From contig NZ_VRTS01000007.1 in assembly GCF_008017755.1 (NCBI RefSeq), positions 140,501 through 204,500 on the forward strand: DNA of 64,000 nucleotides, written 5' to 3'. The DNA comes from Alkalisalibacterium limincola. Its GTDB lineage: Bacteria; Pseudomonadota; Gammaproteobacteria; Xanthomonadales; Xanthomonadaceae. Made by a program: the position numbers and the translations under genes. The notes beneath the pieces were generated by a model. That model worked only from the letters and a program-made list of their open reading frames with translations. It made no database searches and was not told the DNA's origin. Below are positions 1 through 11,669 of this stretch, in pieces (positions within the stretch are counted from its first letter, which is position 1; the number at the start of each line of letters is the position of its first letter).

Positions 1-174
1 GTCCATGCCGGCGCCGGGGCTGTCAATCGTCGATCTCGCCGCCCGTTCGGCAGCCGGGCCTGGGTCGGTTCGTGGCTCGCCCCGATTTCACGGAGGTGAA
101 CCGGCCCGGACCGCTGCCTTGTCGGCCTGTAGCCCGCGTGGCACTCTGATCCCAGTGATTCTTGGAGTGGTCCG

Positions 175-741
175 GTGATCGATCCTGATGGATACCGGCC
201 CAATGTGGGCATCGTGCTGATGCGTCCGGACGGCCATGTGTTCTGGGCGCGCCGGGTGAACCGCGATGGCTGGCAGTTCCCGCAGGGCGGCATGAACAGC
301 GACGAGACGCCGCAAGAGGCGATGTATCGCGAGCTGCGCGAGGAAACCGGCCTGCTGCCCGAACACGTTGAACTCCTCGGGGCCACGCCGGGCTGGTTGC
401 GCTACCGTCTGCCACGCCGGTGCGTGCGCCACGGGCAGCGCCCGCTGTGCATCGGCCAGAAGCAGGTGTGGTTCCTGCTGCGCTTCGATGCCGAGGAGCA
501 CGCGCTGCGCCTGGACCTGACCGACAAGCCCGAGTTCGACCAGTTCCGCTGGGTCGATTTCTGGTACCCGGCCGAACATGTGGTCACCTTCAAGCGCCGG
601 GTCTACCGGCAGGCGCTCAGCCACCTCGCCCCGGCAGCCCAGGAGCTGGCACGCGGGGCGGCGATCATGAGCCGCATGCCCGAGCCCGATGCGGGCTGGC
701 GCCGTCCGCCGCCCGCTGCGACGGCGCGACGCACCGGCTGA
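175..741 (+). CDS. rppH: RNA pyrophosphohydrolase (Nudix hydrolase)
   Basis: GTG start with GGAG 8 nt upstream; Nudix box ([22 protein letters not shown]); N-terminus [15 protein letters not shown] is typical of RppH/NudH. Confidence 0.85.
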   Translation: MIDPDGYRPNVGIVLMRPDGHVFWARRVNRDGWQFPQGGMNSDETPQEAMYRELREETGLLPEHVELLGATPGWLRYRLPRRCVRHGQRPLCIGQKQVWFLLRFDAEEHALRLDLTDKPEFDQFRWVDFWYPAEHVVTFKRRVYRQALSHLAPAAQELARGAAIMSRMPEPDAGWRRPPPAATARRTG

Positions 742-762
742 ACGGTTCCCTCGGATGCGCGC

Positions 763-800
763 GTTGTAGTTGACACTCATTCGCATTTGGGGTTGAATAC
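763..800 (+). promoter_or_regulatory. putative sigma70-like promoter (TTGACA-N17-TTGAAT) with overlapping AT-hexamer element resembling a Fur box, upstream of bfd
   Basis: TTGACA at 763-768; AATACGAATCGTT hexamer-repeat pattern; bfd-bfr are classically Fur-regulated. Confidence 0.2.
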
Positions 801-830
801 GAATCGTTCCTGTTCAGGGCGAGGTGCCCC

Positions 831-1040
831 ATGTACGTATGCGTCTGCAATGGTGTGTCCGACCGCGACGTGGCCCAGGCCAAGGCGCAGGGTTGTCGCA
901 GCATCGATGACCTGGCGATGCGTACCGGCTGTGGCACCACCTGCGGCTGTTGCCGCGACTTCGCCCAGCAGCTTCTCGAAGAGGGCTGTGGCAGTTCTGC
1001 GCCGGCACCGTTCGGCCTGCAGATGGCTGTCGCCGCCTGA
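831..1040 (+). CDS. bfd: bacterioferritin-associated ferredoxin (BFD-like [2Fe-2S] domain)
   Basis: MYVCVCNGVSD...CGTTCGCC cysteine pattern characteristic of Bfd. Confidence 0.85.
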   Translation: MYVCVCNGVSDRDVAQAKAQGCRSIDDLAMRTGCGTTCGCCRDFAQQLLEEGCGSSAPAPFGLQMAVAA

Positions 1041-1186
1041 ACCCCCGGGCCCTTGAGGGCCACCGATCTCCGCGTCGTCGCCCTCGGTTGCTGCAAGTGC
1101 AACTGAGGGCGATTTGCGTTTCGTCTTCCGAAATCCTGTTCGCGTAAGCTGGCCGGACGAATGAAAAGCAACGCACGGAGCAACCG

Positions 1187-1660
1187 ATGAAGGGCGACAA
1201 GAAGGTCATCGAGCACCTCAACAAGGTGCTCTACAACGAACTCACCGCGATCAACCAGTACTTCCTGCATGCGCGCATGCTCAAGGACTGGGGGCTGCTG
1301 GCGCTCGGCGAGCACGAGTACGAAGAGTCGATCGACGAGATGAAGCACGCCGACCAGCTCATCGAGCGCATCCTGTTCCTGGAAGGCCTGCCGAACCTGC
1401 AGAACCTCGGCAAGCTGATGATCGGCGAGAGCCCGAAGGAAATCTTCGAGTGCGACCTCAAGCTCGAGCTAAACGGCCACGGCGACCTCAAGACGGCCGT
1501 TGCGTACTGCGAGGAAGTGGGCGACTACGCCAGCCGCGAGCTGTTCGTGTCGATCCTGGAGTCCGAGGAAGAGCACATCGACTGGCTGGAAACCCAGCTG
1601 TCGCTGATCGAGCGCCTGGGTCTGCAGACCTACCTCAACTCGACGATGCAGAAGCCCTGA
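1187..1660 (+). CDS. bfr: bacterioferritin
   Basis: 157 aa; [31 protein letters not shown]... ferritin-like four-helix pattern; immediately downstream of bfd. Confidence 0.9.
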   Translation: MKGDKKVIEHLNKVLYNELTAINQYFLHARMLKDWGLLALGEHEYEESIDEMKHADQLIERILFLEGLPNLQNLGKLMIGESPKEIFECDLKLELNGHGDLKTAVAYCEEVGDYASRELFVSILESEEEHIDWLETQLSLIERLGLQTYLNSTMQKP

Positions 1661-1786
1661 GGCTTCCCCGCGCGCCCGCCCGGTTCCGGGTGGGCGCGGT
1701 GGCCGCGCGCTAGCCGGCCACCTTCCTGCGTCGGGCCTCCGACAGCAGTGCACGCAGTTCCTTTTCCACCCGTCCGAAGGAGTCCT

Positions 1787-3999
<2,213 letters not shown>

Positions 4000-4002
<3 letters not shown>

Positions 4003-4266
4003 TCGCCGCTCGGCCACCTGCTTGGCCTCGGTGAGTTCCGCCTCCAGCCGCTTGTGGGTTTCGAGTTCCCGCTTCAGCGCATCGTAGGCGGCCTGCTTGG
4101 CGGCGCTGTCGACGGCGTACACGGAGGCCTCGGCGGCCAGCTGGGCGGCGCGGCGGTGGTTTGCCCGGCCCATTCCGGCGATCGCCACGGCCGCCAGCAG
4201 GGCCAGGATCAGGGTGACGCTGGCCCAGGGGCCGGCGACCTGGAAATGGTCGATGGCCGCGACCAC
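4000..4266 (-). CDS. N-terminal transmembrane anchor plus coiled-coil fragment, probably the true N-terminus of the downstream hybrid kinase separated by a 1-nt frameshift near 3999-4003
   Basis: 88-aa ORF with TM helix (VTLILALLAAVAIAG) then coiled coil ending ...TEAKQVAERR; stop overlaps the MMAKGEF... ATG of the kinase in an adjacent frame. Confidence 0.4.
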
Positions 4267-4374
4267 GGCCGCGCGCCGGCGGCGGCCAGGGCGATCCAGC
4301 GGATGGCGGTAGTGTCGGGTGTCTTGCTGGCCACGCGTGCTCCCCGGCGCGCTGGTGACTCCAGGACCGTGCCG

Positions 4375-7098
4375 TTACAGCACGGCGGACTGGAAATCGA
4401 AGGTGGTGGCGGCATCGGCGCGCTGCACCAGGTTCCCCTGGATGAAATCGATTCCGCTCATCCACAAGGTGGCGGCAGACTGGGCATCTTCGACCCGGTG
4501 TCCGATCACCTGCAGGTTGTGGCGGTGGGCCTCGTCGATCAGCACGCGCAGTTCGTCCCGCACGTCCTGTGCCGAGTTCGCCTCAAGGTATTTCGAGCCC
4601 AGTTTCACATAAGCCAGCGGCAGGCGCTCGAGCAGGGTCCGGGTCTGCTCGCCCAGCTCGAAGCGGGCCAGGCACAGGCCCACGCCGGCGTCGGAAAGGG
4701 TGTGGCACAGCGCATCGATCGACTGCTGGTGCACCACCACGTCGTCGGCGCGCAGCTCCAGGACCAGCGCGCTGCCGGGCACGCCGGCGGCCGCGAGCCG
4801 GTCGACCAGCCAGGCGGCCTGGCCGTCTTCACGCAGCGTGTCGATGGCCTGCGGGACGAACAGGCGGGTCTGGCGGTTGGCGTGGGCGGCGTCGCGCAGC
4901 ATCTCCAGCGCGGTGTCCACCACCCAGCGGTCGACCGCCAGCATCAGGTTCGCGCGCATCGCCACCGGGATCAGCTCGCCGGCGGGCATCAGGCGACCGT
5001 CGGGCTCGCGCATGCGCAGCAGTGTCTGGTACTGGGCGTCATCGCCGCCCTGCACGGCCACGATCGGCTGGAACACCAGTTCGAAGCCCTGGCCGTCGAT
5101 GCCGTCGCGGATGCGCTGCAGCAGCGCCGCCTCGCGTGCCGCGTCGGGGTTCTGCTCGGGCTGGAAGACCTCCACGCCGCGCTCGCTGCCGCGCGCCTTG
5201 CGGCAGCAGCGCTCGGCGGCGTTGAGCAGTTCGCCGGCATCGTCGAATTCGTGCGCCAGGCTGGCCGCGCCGACCGAGAAGCGCAGTCGCAGCGGGCGGT
5301 CGTTGGCCTCGAAGGCGTAGGCGCTCAGCGCGTGGCGCACCGCCTGCCCGGTCTGCAGCAGCGCGTCGTCGGTTCCGTCCGGGGCCAGCGCCAGGAAGCT
5401 GGCGTCGCCGAAGCGGCAGATCAGCGCCTTTGGGCCCAGCCGGGTCTCGATGACGATGGCGGCCTGCGACAGCAACTGCTCCAGCGTGGACAGGCCGAGG
5501 CGATCGCGCAGCTGGGCGCCGCCTTCGACCTCCAGGAACAGCATGCCGCCGGCGTTGGCCGGCTGCGTGCGCGCCGCCTCCAGCCGCGACTGGGCCTGTG
5601 CCATCAGGTTGCCCCTGTCGGTCAGGCCGGTGGTTGGTGCGCCCGGGGCCGGTGCGGGGATCGTGCCGGTGTGCTCGCGCTGTGCCAGGGCCCGCGCGCG
5701 GCGCACGCGGTTCTGCACCGCCGAGATCAGGTGCCGCGGGCGCACCGGCTTGGCGATGAAGTCGTCACCGCCGGCGTCGAGCGCCTCGAACTGCACGTCC
5801 TGGTCGGCTTCGCCGGACAGGAACACGATCGGCAGGTTCAGGAAGCGCTCGTCGTCACGGATCAGCGAGGTCAGCTCCATCCCGTTGCAGCCGGGCATGT
5901 GCAGGTCCATCAGCACCATGTCGGGGGCGAAACGCTCCAGCGCCGGCAGCACGTCGAAGGGGTCGTCGACGACCTCGGTCTCCATGCTGGCGTTGCGCAG
6001 GATGCTCTCGGCGAACAGCGCCTGGGAGGCGTCGTCCTCGACGATCAGCACCCGGAACGGCGACTCCGAGGAGGGCGCGAGCAGCGCGCGCAGGGCCTCG
6101 AGCACCGGTTCGACGCCGGGCGGGTCGATGAGCAGCGAATCCACGCCGGCCCGGCGCGCGGACAGGCGGGTGGTGAGCTCGTCGACCTCGACGATCGCGG
6201 CCAGCGGGATGCGCACGCCGGTGCGCTGGCGGGTGGCGCGCAGTACCGCGCCGATCTCCTCCAGGCCCTCCACGAAGGCGGCGTCGATGACCACCAGGTT
6301 CGGCGGCAACGCGGCCAGGAGCTCCTGAAGCTCCTCGGCATCGGCCAGCACCTCGATCTCCCAGCCGGCACCCTCCATGGCCTGGTCGATCTCGCAGCCC
6401 AGGCCGGAGCCGTCGGTGAGGTGGTAGACGCGCGGCGTGTCGACGGGCTCGGCCGCGGCGCGATTGCCGTTGTCGGAGGGGGGGGGTGGCCGGTGGCGCG
6501 GCATCGCCGCCGTCGCCCGCGGGACCGTCCTCGGCGGGGCCGGGGTTCGATGGGGCGGTCTGTGCACGGGGCGGGGCATCGTCCGCCGCGTCCATCGCGT
6601 CGCCCGGATCGGCCGGCTCCAGCACCGCCTGTGCGTGGGCCTTGGGCGCACGTGGCACAAGCGGCTGCGCCGGGGGGGCATCGCCGGCCCAGCGCCGCCA
6701 GTAGCTGCTGGGGGGTGATTCGATGCGGTTGGCGTCGCCGATGGCCGGGGTGCCGAGCAATTCGGGTCCGGCCTCGGGGGTGGCCTGGGCCAGGCGCTCG
6801 GCCGCCTGCGCCAGGGCCTCGCTGTCCCCGTCGTCGGGCAGGCGCGGGGTGCCGACGCAGGGGCCTGTGACCGCACGGATGGCTTCCAGGTCGCCAGCAG
6901 GCTGGCCTCCAGCCCATGCTGGCCCCCCAGCTCGCCCAGGCGACGTGCGTCCTGGTCGAGCAGGCACAATCCGTTGATATCCCATCCGTGGGCGCGCAAG
7001 GCGTCGATGCGCCGGCCGACCAGGCCCAACTGGGCGGGCAGGGCACGACGGAACGCATCGTGGCCATGCGATGGGACCTGCATCGGACCGTCAGCCAT
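4375..7098 (-). CDS. response regulator with pseudo-receiver, receiver, GGDEF-like and EAL domains (c-di-GMP turnover); reading frame interrupted at least twice
   Basis: REC (RVLIVEDD...MVLMDLHMPGCNG), degenerate GGDEF region, EAL domain (ELVFQPIV...); acidic Ala/Pro/Asp-rich linker readable only in another frame; frame change exactly at G9 run 6480-6488 and another near 6860-6900. Confidence 0.7.
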   Translation of the reverse strand: MADGPMQVPSHGHDAFRRALPAQLGLVGRRIDALRAHGWDINGLCLLDQDARRLGELGGQHGLEASLLATWKPSVRSQAPASAPRACPTTGTARPWRRRPSAWPRPPPRPDPNCSAPRPSATPTASNHPPAATGGAGPAMPPRRSRLCHVRPRPTHRRCWSRPIRATRWTRRTMPRPVHRPPHRTPAPPRTVPRATAAMPRHRPPPPSDNGNRAAAEPVDTPRVYHLTDGSGLGCEIDQAMEGAGWEIEVLADAEELQELLAALPPNLVVIDAAFVEGLEEIGAVLRATRQRTGVRIPLAAIVEVDELTTRLSARRAGVDSLLIDPPGVEPVLEALRALLAPSSESPFRVLIVEDDASQALFAESILRNASMETEVVDDPFDVLPALERFAPDMVLMDLHMPGCNGMELTSLIRDDERFLNLPIVFLSGEADQDVQFEALDAGGDDFIAKPVRPRHLISAVQNRVRRARALAQREHTGTIPAPAPGAPTTGLTDRGNLMAQAQSRLEAARTQPANAGGMLFLEVEGGAQLRDRLGLSTLEQLLSQAAIVIETRLGPKALICRFGDASFLALAPDGTDDALLQTGQAVRHALSAYAFEANDRPLRLRFSVGAASLAHEFDDAGELLNAAERCCRKARGSERGVEVFQPEQNPDAAREAALLQRIRDGIDGQGFELVFQPIVAVQGGDDAQYQTLLRMREPDGRLMPAGELIPVAMRANLMLAVDRWVVDTALEMLRDAAHANRQTRLFVPQAIDTLREDGQAAWLVDRLAAAGVPGSALVLELRADDVVVHQQSIDALCHTLSDAGVGLCLARFELGEQTRTLLERLPLAYVKLGSKYLEANSAQDVRDELRVLIDEAHRHNLQVIGHRVEDAQSAATLWMSGIDFIQGNLVQRADAATTFDFQSAVL

Positions 7099-7169
7099 GA
7101 AACCCCCCCCTGGACATTCCTCGCATTATGCGTGCCAGCGGGCGTAGTGTCAGCGCACCCCCCTTTTTT

Positions 7170-7205
7170 GGTTGACGTCCATTGGTACGGGGGCTATACC
7201 GGCGG
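7170..7205 (+). promoter_or_regulatory. putative sigma70 promoter TTGACG-N17-TATACC for the coiled-coil/bactofilin operon
   Basis: TTGACGtccattggtacgggggcTATACC immediately upstream of ATG at 7210 in the divergent intergenic region. Confidence 0.3.
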
Positions 7206-7209
7206 CCTG

Positions 7210-7947
7210 ATGTCCTCTTCCAACCACAATCGACGTTTCATCATCGTTCCGGCCCGGCGCCAGCTCCGCGCGATCTCGATCGGGCTGGTGGCGCTGTGGA
7301 TCATCAGCCTGCTGCTGGTGGCGTGGTGGTCGGCACGCCGCGCCGCGCCGGAGCTCTCACAGCTGCGTGAGACGCACCGCGCCGAGTTCGAGGAACTCCA
7401 GGCCGCGCGCACGGAGCTGTCCGCGCTGCGCCAGCGCGTCGCCACGCTGTCGCGCAGCGACGAGATCAGTCGCCGCGCCAACGTGGAGCTGCAGCAGGGC
7501 CTGACCGAGCGCGAGGAGGAGATCGCCCAGCTGCGCGCGGACGTGGCCTTCTATGAACGCCTGGTCGGAAGCACCGGCGAGCGGCGTGGCCTGAGCGTGC
7601 ACAGCGTGCGCATGCAGCCGGGCGGCGAGGGCGTGTGGGACTACTCGGTGACGGTGACGCAGAACCTCAATCGTGGTGCGATGACCAGCGGCACGATGCG
7701 GCTGCAGGTGGAGGGTGTCCGCAACGGCCGGCTGGTGACGCTGGGCTGGGACGAACTGGCACCGTCGGGCGGCGAGGCAGCGGCGTTTTCGTTCCGCTAT
7801 TTCCAGCAGCTCGAGGGCAGCGTACTGTTGCCGGGAGACTTCGCACCGCAGCGGGTTCGTGTGGAACTGCGTTCGGATGCGGGCAATGCACAGCAGGCCT
7901 TCCCCTGGGAGGCCACGATCGTTTCGGCTACGGCCGTCGGGGAGTAA
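7210..7947 (+). CDS. membrane-anchored coiled-coil protein (N-terminal TM helix, long coiled coil, C-terminal beta-rich domain)
   Basis: MSSSNHNRRF..., TM (ISIGLVALWIISLLLVAWW), heptad-rich segment (ELSQLRETHRAEFEELQAARTELSALRQRV...); directly precedes bactofilin. Confidence 0.6.
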   Translation: MSSSNHNRRFIIVPARRQLRAISIGLVALWIISLLLVAWWSARRAAPELSQLRETHRAEFEELQAARTELSALRQRVATLSRSDEISRRANVELQQGLTEREEEIAQLRADVAFYERLVGSTGERRGLSVHSVRMQPGGEGVWDYSVTVTQNLNRGAMTSGTMRLQVEGVRNGRLVTLGWDELAPSGGEAAAFSFRYFQQLEGSVLLPGDFAPQRVRVELRSDAGNAQQAFPWEATIVSATAVGE

Positions 7948-7950
7948 GTG

Positions 7951-8369
7951 ATGTTTGGCAATGACAAGGGGCGCGGATCCAAGCCCAGTGGTTCTTCCAT
8001 GGACACCCTGATCGGACCCCACGTGGTGATCCGGGGTGACGTCCATTTCAGTGGCGGCCTGTACATCGAGGGCAAGGTGCACGGTTCGGTTGTCGCCGAT
8101 GACGACTCCGACGCGGTGCTGACCGTGTCGGAGAACGGTGTCATCGAGGGCGAGGTGCGCGCACCGGTGGTGGTCGTGAGCGGCCAGCTGCTGGGCGACG
8201 TCACGCGCGCGAGCGCATCGAGCTGGCGGCCAAGGCGCGCGTGGAGGGCAACATCTACTACCGCGTGGTGGAAATGGCCGCCGGGGCGATGATCACCGGC
8301 CGCCTGATCCATGGCGAGGCTCCGCCGAAGCAGCTCTCGGGCCCGAAGAAGCTGGCCGAGGCGTCCTGA
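7951..8369 (+). CDS. bactofilin (polymer-forming cytoskeletal protein), with apparent 1-nt deletion frameshift near 8200-8210
   Basis: Bactofilin beta-helix repeats (VIRGDVHFSGGLYIEGKVHGSVVADD...VIEGEVRAPVVVVSGQLLGDV); C-terminus (HARERIELAAKARVEGNIYYRVVEMAAGAMITGRLIHGEAPPKQL...) continues in the +1 frame. Confidence 0.75.
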
Positions 8370-8411
8370 GGCGCACTTGACCCGGGGGCCTCGCGCCCCC
8401 ATACAGGCTCC

Positions 8412-8771
8412 ATGGAAACCAGCCCGAACTACCAGCAGATCGACGCGCCCCTGGCCTTCACGCCGGCGGCCGCCACGAAAGTGCGCCGCCTGATCTCCGA
8501 GGAGGGCAACGAGGCGCTGAAGCTGCGCGTGTACATTTCCGGCGGTGGCTGCTCGGGCTTCCAGTACGGCTTCGAGTTCGACGAAGAGCAGGCCGGGGAC
8601 GACGTGGCGGTCGTGACCGACGGCGTCACCCTGCTGGTCGACCCGCTGAGCCTGCAGTACCTGATGGGCGCCGAGGTCGACTACACCGAGTCGCTGACCG
8701 GTGCGCAGTTCGTGATCCGCAATCCGAACGCGAAGACCACCTGCGGCTGCGGCAGCTCCTTCGCGGTCTGA
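8412..8771 (+). CDS. erpA: iron-sulfur cluster insertion protein ErpA (A-type carrier)
   Basis: 119 aa; ...[16 protein letters not shown]... and C-terminal CGCGSSF motif of IscA/ErpA family. Confidence 0.85.
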   Translation: METSPNYQQIDAPLAFTPAAATKVRRLISEEGNEALKLRVYISGGGCSGFQYGFEFDEEQAGDDVAVVTDGVTLLVDPLSLQYLMGAEVDYTESLTGAQFVIRNPNAKTTCGCGSSFAV

Positions 8772-8847
8772 GCCGCGGCCGCAAGCCGCAGGCTTCCCCG
8801 TCATTCCGGGCTATCATCGGCGCGTTCCCAAACGCGTCCGGTAGCCC

Positions 8848-9728
8848 ATGTCCGCCACACTGCTCGCCGTCGTCATCGCGCTCGTACTCGGTCACACCTG
8901 GCAGGGCGTGAGGCAGCTGCGCAACGTCGACTGGTACCTGGCGTGGAACGACTGGCTGCTGCAGCACCGCAGCCGCGGCGCGGGTTGGACGTTCGCGCTG
9001 GTGCTGCTGCCGCCGCTGGTGCTGGTGGCCCTGGTGCAGGCGTGGCTGGGCCTGCTGCTGTTCGGCCTGCCCGCCTTCCTCTTCGCGCTGCTGGTGCTGC
9101 TCTACAGCTGGGGCCCGGGCGACCTGGACGGAGACGTCGAGGCGGCGATCGATGCAGAGGACCCGGTCGCGCGCGAGGCGGCGCTGGCGCGCCTGGGCGT
9201 CGCCGCGCCGGCCGGTGTGGGCGAGCCAGCGAAGCTGGTCGATGCGGTGTTCCAGGGCGCGTTGCGTCGCTGGTTCGGGGTGCTGTTCTGGTTCCTGGTG
9301 CTGGGCCCGGTGGGTGCGCTGGCCTACCGCCTGCTCGTGGTGAGCGCCGAAGGGCCCGCGCGCGTGTTCCTGGAAGGGCGCGAGCATGATGTCGCGGCCA
9401 CCGTGTTGCGCGTGGCCGATTGGCCGGTGGCGCAGCTGATGACGCTGGGCCTGGCGCTGGCGGGCAACTTCGACCGGGTGCTGGCCACCTGGCGCGACTG
9501 GCACGCCGGCGGCGCCAGCCTGGATCCGGGCTTCGTGCTGGCCGCGGGCCGCGCCTGCGTGGACGCGCAGGTGGACGAGGAGCCGCTGGAGATGCTCGAC
9601 GATGGCGTGCGACCGACTTCGCGCCCGGCGTGAACGCCCTGCGCGACGCGATGAGCCTGGTGTGGCGCATCCTGCTGCTGTGGCTGGCCGTGCTGGCGCT
9701 GTTCGTGCTGGCCGGCTTCGTCAACTAG
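8848..9728 (+). CDS. AmpE-like inner-membrane protein (frameshift near 9600-9615)
   Basis: Multi-TM protein; C-terminus ...NALRDAMSLVWRILLLWLAVLALFVLAGFVN is found in the +1 frame (ORF 9420-9728) and resembles AmpE C-termini. Confidence 0.5.
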
Positions 9729-11608
9729 GCCGCGTCGCCGCGCAGTCCACGCACGCGCGCCTCCAGCGTCGCGGCGGTCACCTCCGAAGGCGACATCGGT
9801 TCGTCGGCCACCAGTTCCACGCGTGCACGGAAGCGGCGCGGCAGGCGCATGCGGCCCACGCCGCTGCCACGCCGGCTCCACATGCTTTCCCACATGCCAC
9901 GCAGAGCCATCGGCACCACCGGCACCGGTCGTGCGGCGATGATGCGCTCGATGCCGCTGCGGAACGCGGCGATCTCGCCGTCGCGCGTGAGTGCGCCTTC
10001 GGGGAACAGGCCGATGAGTTCGCCGTTCGCCAGGGCGGCTTCGATCTCGGCGAACGCGCGCTCCATCAGCTCCGGGTCTTCCTTCGCCGGTGCGATTGGG
10101 ATGCAGCGCGCGGTGCGGAAGATCCAGCTCATCACCGGGATCTTGAAGATGCGGTGGTACATGACGAAGCGCACCGGCCGCTTCACGCAGCCCATGACGA
10201 TCAGCGCGTCCATGTAGCTCACGTGGTTGCACACCACCACCGCCGGGCCCTCGTCGGGCACGCGGTCGGTGCCCTGCACGCGGATGCGGTACAGCGCGCT
10301 GACCAGCAGCCAGCTGATGAAGCGCATGAGGAACTCGGGCACCAGCGAGAAGATGTAGGTGGCCACCAGCGCATTGAGGATGGCGGTGACCAGCAGCACC
10401 TGCGGAATCGTCAGACCGGCGGCGAACAGCACCAGCGCCAGCACCGCGGCGGTCACCATGAACACCGCATTGAGGATGTTGTTCGCGGCGATGATCCGGC
10501 TGAGGCGATCACGTGGTGCGCGGGTCTGGATCAGCGACAGCAGCGGCACGATGTAGAAGCCGCCAAACAGGCCGATCAGCAGCAGGTCGGCGACGATGCG
10601 CAGGCTGCCCGGCGCGCGCAGGAACTCCATCGCGGTCAGCCCGGTCACGGTGGCTGCCTCGGGGCGGGCGAAGTAAAGGTCCAGTCCGAACACGGTCAGG
10701 CCGATCGCGCCCAGCGGCACCAGGCCGATTTCGACCCGGCGCCCGGACAGCTTCTCGCACAGCATCGAGCCCAGGCCGATGCCGATCGAAAACAGCGCCA
10801 GCACCAGCGGCGCCACCTGCGCGCCGCCGCCGAGGTATTCGCGCGTGTAGTTGGGCAGCTGGGCCAGGAACATCGAACCGAAGAACCAGAACCAGCTCAC
10901 GCCCAGCACCGAGTTGAGCACCGCGCGGTTGCCGCGCAGGAAGCCGAGGATGCGCACCGTCTCGGTGAACGGGTTCCAGTTGAGCTTGAGGTCGGGATTG
11001 GACGCCGGTGCGAGCGGGATGTGCCGCGAGGCCAGGTAGCCGGACACTGCGATGACGAGGACCGCCACCGACACCCACGTCGTGCCCAGGCCCGGGTGCG
11101 CCATCAGCGCGCCGCCCAGCAGCGTGCCCAGCAGGATCATCAGGAAGGTGCCGCCGCTGACCAGGCCGTTGCCACCGACCAGTTCCTCGGGCTTGAGCTG
11201 CTGCGGCAGGATCGAATACTTGATCGGCCCGAACAATGCGCTTTGCGTGCCCATCAGGAACAGCACGCCGACCAGCACCGGCAGCGACTTGAAGTAGAAA
11301 CCGATCGCCGCCGCGCACATGATCGCGATCTCGAGCAGCTTGATGTAGCGGATCGAACGCGACTTCTCGAACTTCTCCGCCCACTGCCCGGCATTCGCCG
11401 AGAACAGGAAGAAGGGCAGGATGAACAGGCCGGCGGCGACATTCGACCAGGTGTTGATCTGCTGGCTCGACAGCCCCGCCACGCCGAAGGCGATCAGGAT
11501 GACCAGCGCATTGCGGAACACGTTGTCGTTGAATGCGCCCAGCGCCTGGGTCGCGAAGAACGGCGCGAAGCGGCGCTTGGACAGCAGCGAGAACTGGTTG
11601 TCGGCCAT
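9725..11608 (-). CDS. fused MFS lysophospholipid transporter (LplT-like) and acyltransferase (Aas/PlsC-like)
   Basis: N-terminal 12-TM MFS region; C-terminal acyltransferase with HXXXXD motif (VVCNHVSYMDALI) and FPEGALTRDG motif. Confidence 0.8.
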   Translation of the reverse strand: MADNQFSLLSKRRFAPFFATQALGAFNDNVFRNALVILIAFGVAGLSSQQINTWSNVAAGLFILPFFLFSANAGQWAEKFEKSRSIRYIKLLEIAIMCAAAIGFYFKSLPVLVGVLFLMGTQSALFGPIKYSILPQQLKPEELVGGNGLVSGGTFLMILLGTLLGGALMAHPGLGTTWVSVAVLVIAVSGYLASRHIPLAPASNPDLKLNWNPFTETVRILGFLRGNRAVLNSVLGVSWFWFFGSMFLAQLPNYTREYLGGGAQVAPLVLALFSIGIGLGSMLCEKLSGRRVEIGLVPLGAIGLTVFGLDLYFARPEAATVTGLTAMEFLRAPGSLRIVADLLLIGLFGGFYIVPLLSLIQTRAPRDRLSRIIAANNILNAVFMVTAAVLALVLFAAGLTIPQVLLVTAILNALVATYIFSLVPEFLMRFISWLLVSALYRIRVQGTDRVPDEGPAVVVCNHVSYMDALIVMGCVKRPVRFVMYHRIFKIPVMSWIFRTARCIPIAPAKEDPELMERAFAEIEAALANGELIGLFPEGALTRDGEIAAFRSGIERIIAARPVPVVPMALRGMWESMWSRRGSGVGRMRLPRRFRARVELVADEPMSPSEVTAATLEARVRGLRGDAA

Positions 11609-11669
11609 GCGGCGGGCTCTGGGAAGGCTGCCGGCAGCCTAGCAGAGCCCGGTGGCCGCGCGGCGGCGC

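Noticed and set aside
1-174. Possible gene fragment at window start (ORF 23..415 minus)
   Set aside because: Pro/Arg/Ala-rich nonsense overlapping rppH. No evidence for a real gene.
4054-6870. 938-aa ORF on + strand
   Set aside because: Antisense to the REC-GGDEF-EAL gene. Composition is Gly/Ala/Arg/Val-rich with no motifs, typical high-GC shadow ORF.
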